Shown here: one piece after another, positions 58,249 to 64,000 of the stretch
Layout: the number at the start of each line of letters is the position of its first letter
Numbering within the stretch: the first letter of the stretch is position 1
Source of the DNA: Gemmatimonadales bacterium
Lineage (GTDB): Bacteria; Gemmatimonadota; Gemmatimonadetes; Gemmatimonadales; GWC2-71-9
Direction: 5' to 3'
DNA: 64,000 nucleotides
Assembly (NCBI GenBank): GCA_035574255.1
Contig: DATLYZ010000102.1
Coordinates: 47,194-111,193 of the forward strand
The notes under the pieces: model-generated
What the model saw: the letters and a program-made list of their open reading frames with translations, nothing else
Told to the model about the DNA's origin: nothing
Databases searched by the model: none
Made by a program: the position numbers and the translations under genes

Positions 58249-58320
58249 GAGGAGGCGGCCGCTTTCCTTGACACCGGTACCGGCCGGGCGATCTTCCACG
58301 CACGAGGAGGACGCCCACTG

Positions 58321-58734
58321 ATGCCGATCTCGTCCGTGACCCGCCGGGTCCACTTCAACGCTGCCCACCGGCTCTATAACCCGGCCCGGTCGGAGGAGTG
58401 GAACCTGCAGGTCTTCGGGGTCTGCAGCAACCCCAACTATCACGGTCACAACTACGAGCTGGATGTCACCGTGGAGGGGCGGGTGGATCCCGAGACCGGG
58501 TACGTGATCGACATCAACGTACTGAAACAAGTGATCGAAGACAAACTGCTGCGCCACCTCGATCACAAGAACCTGAATCTGGATGTGCCGTGGTTCCAGG
58601 ACCGGATCCCCACCGCGGAGAACATTGCGGTGGTGTGCTGGGAGGTGCTGGCCCCCGAACTACCGTCCGGCCGGCTCGTTCGGGTCCGGCTCTGGGAGAC
58701 GCCTCGCAACTATGTCGAATATGAAGGCCGCTGA
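58321..58734 (+). CDS. 6-pyruvoyl-tetrahydropterin synthase / 6-carboxytetrahydropterin synthase (PTPS/QueD family)
   Basis: [11 protein letters not shown] and [21 protein letters not shown]...LDHKNLN. GAGGAGG lies before ATG 58321. Confidence 0.85.
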   Translation: MPISSVTRRVHFNAAHRLYNPARSEEWNLQVFGVCSNPNYHGHNYELDVTVEGRVDPETGYVIDINVLKQVIEDKLLRHLDHKNLNLDVPWFQDRIPTAENIAVVCWEVLAPELPSGRLVRVRLWETPRNYVEYEGR

Positions 58735-59326
58735 AAGCCGGGCCCGCCGCCACGCCCGCCCGCACATCTCGTTCCAGGCGGAGGTCCGCTCCATTCTCGC
58801 CGCGTTGGGGGAGGATCCCGACCGGCCGGGGTTGCTGCAGACTCCGGAGCGCGTGGAGAAGGCGCTGCGCTGGCTCACCAAGGGCTACGAGATGACCGTG
58901 GCCGACGCGGTGGGCGACGCGCTGTTCGAGGAGCAGCACAACAGCATGATCCTGGTGCGGGATATCGAGCTGTACTCGCTCTGCGAGCACCATCTGCTGC
59001 CGTTCTTCGGGCGGGCCCACGTGGCCTACATCCCCAAGGGGCGGATCGTCGGCCTGTCCAAGCTGCCCCGCATCGTCGAGGTCTTCGCCCGCCGGCTCCA
59101 GGTGCAGGAGCGGCTCTCCGACCAGATCGCCGACGCCATCATGGAGGTGCTGGAGCCGCACGGGGTCGGCGTGCTGATCGAGGCGGTGCACCTCTGCATG
59201 GCGATGCGCGGCGTGGAGAAACAGAACTCCCGCACCGTGACCAACGCGGTGCGCGGGATCTTCCGGAGCGATATCCGGACCCGGGAGGAGTTCCTCCGCC
59301 TGGTGCACGGGCGTCCGGTCGAATGA
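58712..59326 (+). CDS. folE: GTP cyclohydrolase I
   Basis: [29 protein letters not shown] and HLCMAMRGV. Overlaps the PTPS gene by 23 nt. Confidence 0.92.
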   Translation: MSNMKAAESRARRHARPHISFQAEVRSILAALGEDPDRPGLLQTPERVEKALRWLTKGYEMTVADAVGDALFEEQHNSMILVRDIELYSLCEHHLLPFFGRAHVAYIPKGRIVGLSKLPRIVEVFARRLQVQERLSDQIADAIMEVLEPHGVGVLIEAVHLCMAMRGVEKQNSRTVTNAVRGIFRSDIRTREEFLRLVHGRPVE

Positions 59327-60036
59327 CGCTGCTGGCGGGACGCCTGGCGGTGGTGACCGGGGCCTCGCGCGGGATCGGGCTCGCCACCGCCCGCGCCCTC
59401 CAGGCCCAGGGGGCCCGGGTGGTGCGGCTGGCGCGGAGTCTGGCCGACGGGAGCCAGGACGGGTTTCTCGACCTCGGCTGCGACCTCGCCGACGTGGCGG
59501 CGACGCTCCGCGCCGCCGCCCGGGTGCTCGAGCAGTGGGGGGTGCCCGATCTGCTCGTGAACAACGCCGGTCGCTTTCAGCTCAAGCCGTTCGAGGAGAC
59601 GGATCCCGCAGAGCTGGACCGGCAGTATGCGGTCAACGTCCGGGCGCCCTTCGTCCTGGCCCGAGCGTTCCTCCCCGCGATGCGCCGGTCCGGCCAGGGG
59701 ATCGTCGTCTCGATCGGCAGCACCTGCGACCATCTGGCCTTCCCCGAGAACAGCGCCTACACGGCGACCAAGTTCGGGCTTCGGGGGTTGCACGAGGCGC
59801 TGGCCGCCGAATACCAGGGCTCCGGGATCCGCTTCACGCTCATTTCCCCCGGCTCCACCGACACCGATATCTGGGAGCCGTTCGACCCCGAAGCGCGGGA
59901 GGGCTTCCTCGCGCGCGCCGAGATGCTCCGGCCCGAGGACGTGGCCGAAGCCGTCGTCTTTGCGGCGACCCGGCCGCCCGGCGTCACCCTCGAATGGCTG
60001 CGGATCGCTCCCACTCCGCCGCGGGTCTCCGCGTGA
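59323..60036 (+). CDS. short-chain dehydrogenase/reductase (possible sepiapterin/pteridine reductase)
   Basis: [13 protein letters not shown] and YTATKFG (the YxxxK). ATGA overlap with folE. The pteridine role is inferred from context only. Confidence 0.75.
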   Translation: MTLLAGRLAVVTGASRGIGLATARALQAQGARVVRLARSLADGSQDGFLDLGCDLADVAATLRAAARVLEQWGVPDLLVNNAGRFQLKPFEETDPAELDRQYAVNVRAPFVLARAFLPAMRRSGQGIVVSIGSTCDHLAFPENSAYTATKFGLRGLHEALAAEYQGSGIRFTLISPGSTDTDIWEPFDPEAREGFLARAEMLRPEDVAEAVVFAATRPPGVTLEWLRIAPTPPRVSA

Positions 60037-61598
60037 GGGCCGCACCGGCGGCCCTCGGCCTCGCTGCCCTCGCCGGCACGCTGTCGGCGCAGGAGCGCGG
60101 GCTTCCGCCGCTGCCCGATTCGACGGGCTGGGGGGTCCACGTGCTCACCGTGGCGCGCGACCCCTGGGGGTCGCTCTGGGTCGGGACCTACGGCCAGGGC
60201 GTATTCCGCTTGCGGCCCGGGGCCCCCGCGTGGGAGCGGATTCGCCGGGACACCAGTGCCACCAGCCTCTCCTGGGACTTCGTCCACGCCTTCGCGTTCG
60301 GGGAGCGGGGCGCGATCTGGTACGGCACGGTCGGCAACGGCTGGGGCGTCTCGCACGACGGCGGCGCCACCTGGACCAACTGGACCTACCGCGAGCTCGG
60401 CCCCGAGTGGCAGTACGTGGCGCCTGACGGCATCCTGACGCGGGGCGACACCACCTGGGTGGCGACCGCCGACGGCCTCCAGATGACCACCGACGACGGA
60501 GCCCACTGGACCGCGTTCACCGACCGCATCGGCCCGCCGGCGCGCGGCCCCGCCGACAGTGCGGTGCCGGTGCTCACCAACGAGTACGTGCGGCGGATCG
60601 GCTGGAGCAGTCGCGGCCTCCTCCTCGCGACCCTCAAGGGGAACGAGCGGCTCTCCTGGAACGGGACCTCCTGGGTGACGGAGCCGCTGGCGAGCGCCGC
60701 GTTCCGGCCGCGCGGCCAGGTCGTGCTGAACGGCGTCGCATGGAAGGGAAGCCACTGCGGCCTCAAGCGGGCCACCGACACGCTGCCCTGCCTCCAGCGG
60801 GGAACGGCCGCTCCGCTCCCCCCGCGCGCCCCGCTCACCACCTGGTTTCGCCGTCCCATCGATCGGGCCGACAACAGCTTCATTGACCAGACCTATCGCT
60901 ACGGCTCGACGATGGGCGGCAACTTCCAGCAGCACCAGGGGGTGGAGTTCAATAACCCCGACGGAACCCCGGTGCTGGCGATCGGCGGCGGCCGCGTGGT
61001 CTACGCCGGTCCCGCGGAGCAGGGCGCCCTGACCGTGGCGATCCGCCACGATTCGGTGCTCGTCACGCCGCAGGCCCGGCTCCGGATCTACTCGGTCTAC
61101 TATCACAATTCCGCGCTGCGGGTACATCCGGGCCAGAAGGTGGAGGCCGGCGACACGATCGCGCTGGTCGGGAACAGCGGGCGCGCCACCAACGACCACC
61201 TCCATCTCGAGGTCCACGCGGCCCCGACCGATTCCGTGGGCGCCATCGTGGACTCGCTGGAGCGCTATCCCCGCTACACCACCAACCCGGAGCTCTGGAT
61301 CGAACCCCTGCCCGGCACCGGCATCGTGGCGGGACAGGTATTCGACAAGCTGGGGGAACCGGTACCCCAGACCCGCATCTACGGGCTGGTGAAGCCGGAT
61401 CCGGTGGAGACCCCGTTCTCGTACATCGAGACCTACGGCGACCGGGCCCACCCGCATCCGCTCTACGGCGAGCACTTCGCCATCGGCGACGTGCCGCCGG
61501 GGACCTACGTGCTGGGCACCGAGATCGGGGGCAAGCGGGTCTACCGCTCGGTCCTGGTGGAGCCGGGCAAGGTGAGCTGGGTCGTCTTTCGGCCGTAA
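60033..61598 (+). CDS. secreted M23 family metallopeptidase with N-terminal propeller-like repeats and C-terminal carboxypeptidase-regulatory-like domain
   Basis: GTGA overlap with the SDR gene and a signal peptide ending SAQ. HQGVEF...GNSGRATNDHLHLEVH is the M23 core. GIVAGQVFDKLGEPV is in the tail. Confidence 0.8.
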   Translation: MRAAPAALGLAALAGTLSAQERGLPPLPDSTGWGVHVLTVARDPWGSLWVGTYGQGVFRLRPGAPAWERIRRDTSATSLSWDFVHAFAFGERGAIWYGTVGNGWGVSHDGGATWTNWTYRELGPEWQYVAPDGILTRGDTTWVATADGLQMTTDDGAHWTAFTDRIGPPARGPADSAVPVLTNEYVRRIGWSSRGLLLATLKGNERLSWNGTSWVTEPLASAAFRPRGQVVLNGVAWKGSHCGLKRATDTLPCLQRGTAAPLPPRAPLTTWFRRPIDRADNSFIDQTYRYGSTMGGNFQQHQGVEFNNPDGTPVLAIGGGRVVYAGPAEQGALTVAIRHDSVLVTPQARLRIYSVYYHNSALRVHPGQKVEAGDTIALVGNSGRATNDHLHLEVHAAPTDSVGAIVDSLERYPRYTTNPELWIEPLPGTGIVAGQVFDKLGEPVPQTRIYGLVKPDPVETPFSYIETYGDRAHPHPLYGEHFAIGDVPPGTYVLGTEIGGKRVYRSVLVEPGKVSWVVFRP

Positions 61599-61718
61599 CG
61601 GTCAACGGGGAACGGCGAACGGAGCCATGGCTCACCAGTCAACCGCGACCTGTCCTTGGGCCTGCTCGCCACGTCCCGCTCGGCGTCCCTGTTCACCGCT
61701 CACCGTTCACCGTCAAGC
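61595..61718. repeat. inverted pair of heptad arrays
   Basis: The left arm GTAACGG TCAACGG GGAACGG CGAACGG (61595-61622) starts on the M23 stop codon. The right arm is GTTCACC GCTCACC GTTCACC GTCAAGC (61691-61718). Both are in perfect 7-nt phase, counted directly. The reverse complement of the right arm, TTGACGG TGAACGG TGAGCGG TGAACAG, mirrors the left arm. Confidence 0.85.
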
Positions 61719-62324
61719 GTGTTCATCGAACTCACCGATCTCCTGCGCTGTCCCGCCGCGCATGACGAGAGCTACCTCGTCCTGATCCCGGGCCAGCTCG
61801 AACATCGCCGGGTGATTCGGGGAGTGCTGGGCTGCCCGGTCTGCCGGCGGGAGTACCCCGTGGTGGAGGGTGTCGCGGAGTTTGGCGCCGCGGGCTCGCT
61901 TCCGGGCGGGCCGGGCGGCGCGGTGCCGTTTCCTGCCGCGGATGCCGTGCTGGCGTTTCTCGGACTGGGCGGGCCCGGAGGGTATGTGGCGTTGTTCGGC
62001 GACGCGGCCCGCCTTGCCGAAGGGCTCGCGGCGCTCCGGCCCGGGGTCCACTGGGTGGCGGTGAACCCACCGCCTGACGTGAAGGAAGAACCGTTCTGCA
62101 GCCTGCTCCGGGCCCCGCGGTCGCCCCTCAAGACACGGAGCGTCCGGGGCGCCGTACTGGGCAATGGATACGGGGCCGATCCGTTGTGGCAGCGCGAGGC
62201 GGCCCGATCCGTCCTCCCTGGGCTCCGGGTCACGGGACCCGGCGCGCCGCCCCTGGGCGAGGGGCTCGAGTTGCTGGCGGCCGCGGCGCAGTGGTGGGTG
62301 GCCCGGGTGGCGCAGGCCGGGTAG
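61719..62324 (+). CDS. hypothetical protein with N-terminal Trm112-like zinc-ribbon-like segment
   Basis: LLRCPAAHDES...LGCPVCRREYPVVEGVAEF. The start is uncertain (GTG 61719 or TTG 61656). Confidence 0.4.
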   Translation: MFIELTDLLRCPAAHDESYLVLIPGQLEHRRVIRGVLGCPVCRREYPVVEGVAEFGAAGSLPGGPGGAVPFPAADAVLAFLGLGGPGGYVALFGDAARLAEGLAALRPGVHWVAVNPPPDVKEEPFCSLLRAPRSPLKTRSVRGAVLGNGYGADPLWQREAARSVLPGLRVTGPGAPPLGEGLELLAAAAQWWVARVAQAG

Positions 62325-62687
62325 CGTGGGGGGGGCTGCTCCGTGGCGAGGCGCGCACCGGCTTGCCGCTAACGGGAAGGCGCGAGCGATTCGTCGCGCC
62401 GATGTGCATGACTCCGCAGCTGGCCTGCCTGGCCCCACGGGCGTAGCGGCCGCGGAGGGGATTGGGTCCGGCCAGAGAGGCTTTCGGGGTGCCTGGCCGG
62501 ATCATTCGAGGAGGGGGAATTGGGAACTCTTCCGGGTGCATCCGCGCTGCTCCGCGGCGCATCTTTTGGCCTGGCAAGGCGGGCCGCGGAGGACGCGGAG
62601 GGCCGCGGCGGAAGGCTCCTGCCGGCGCTCGTCCCACCGGCGGAGACCGGGCACCGGGCGGCCCGCCCCTGGTAGAGCCCGGACCGG

Positions 62688-64000
<1,313 letters not shown>

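Overview
High-GC (roughly 70% by eye) bacterial chromosomal segment, tightly packed with about 57 protein-coding genes I can support. I recognised no rRNA, tRNA, CRISPR array, transposase, integrase or prophage gene. The gene content (TolB-propeller/amidohydrolase fusion, carboxypeptidase-regulatory-domain TonB receptor, Tat-signal phosphoesterase) fits a Gemmatimonadota-like organism, but that is a guess. Because of the GC content the ORF track contains many long spurious antisense or N-terminally over-extended ORFs. I re-derived starts from in-frame ATG/GTG/TTG codons, Shine-Dalgarno-like sequences and stop/start overlaps. Order of content: DUF1028 fragment, POT peptide transporter, a five-gene minus-strand operon (PrcB-like lipoprotein, VOC, sodC, cydA, cydB), psiE, and a four-gene surface-glycosylation operon behind a sigma-54-type promoter. 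Then a TonB receptor with two tandem TolB-like lipoprotein paralogs, a membrane-protein/wHTH pair, uppS, and a TolB/amidohydrolase fusion preceded by a relic of an M55 peptidase gene. Then flgM (with a sigma-28-type promoter), a sigma-54 response regulator, csrA, a soluble histidine kinase, an outer-membrane barrel, an unorthodox hybrid kinase and an Opp/Dpp ABC operon. Then lplA-like, gcvP, gcvH, coaE, tdk, HU, a motif-degenerate DEAD-box/DbpA protein and an aminotransferase. Finally nurA-herA-mre11-rad50-GNAT, an AI-2E transporter, PTPS-folE-SDR-M23 and a partial fadD-like gene. The most interesting locus is the co-directional NurA-HerA-Mre11-Rad50(+GNAT) cluster at about 47-56 kb, whose HerA has a non-canonical P-loop. 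Other points worth a second look are recurrent heptad-phased GTTNNCC arrays, bipartite G-tracts just 3' of stop codons, a 23-nt motif shared by two 5' regions, a candidate structured leader or sRNA upstream of the pterin operon, and an intrinsic terminator between gcvH and gcvP. All family assignments rest on motif recognition from memory. No database search was run.
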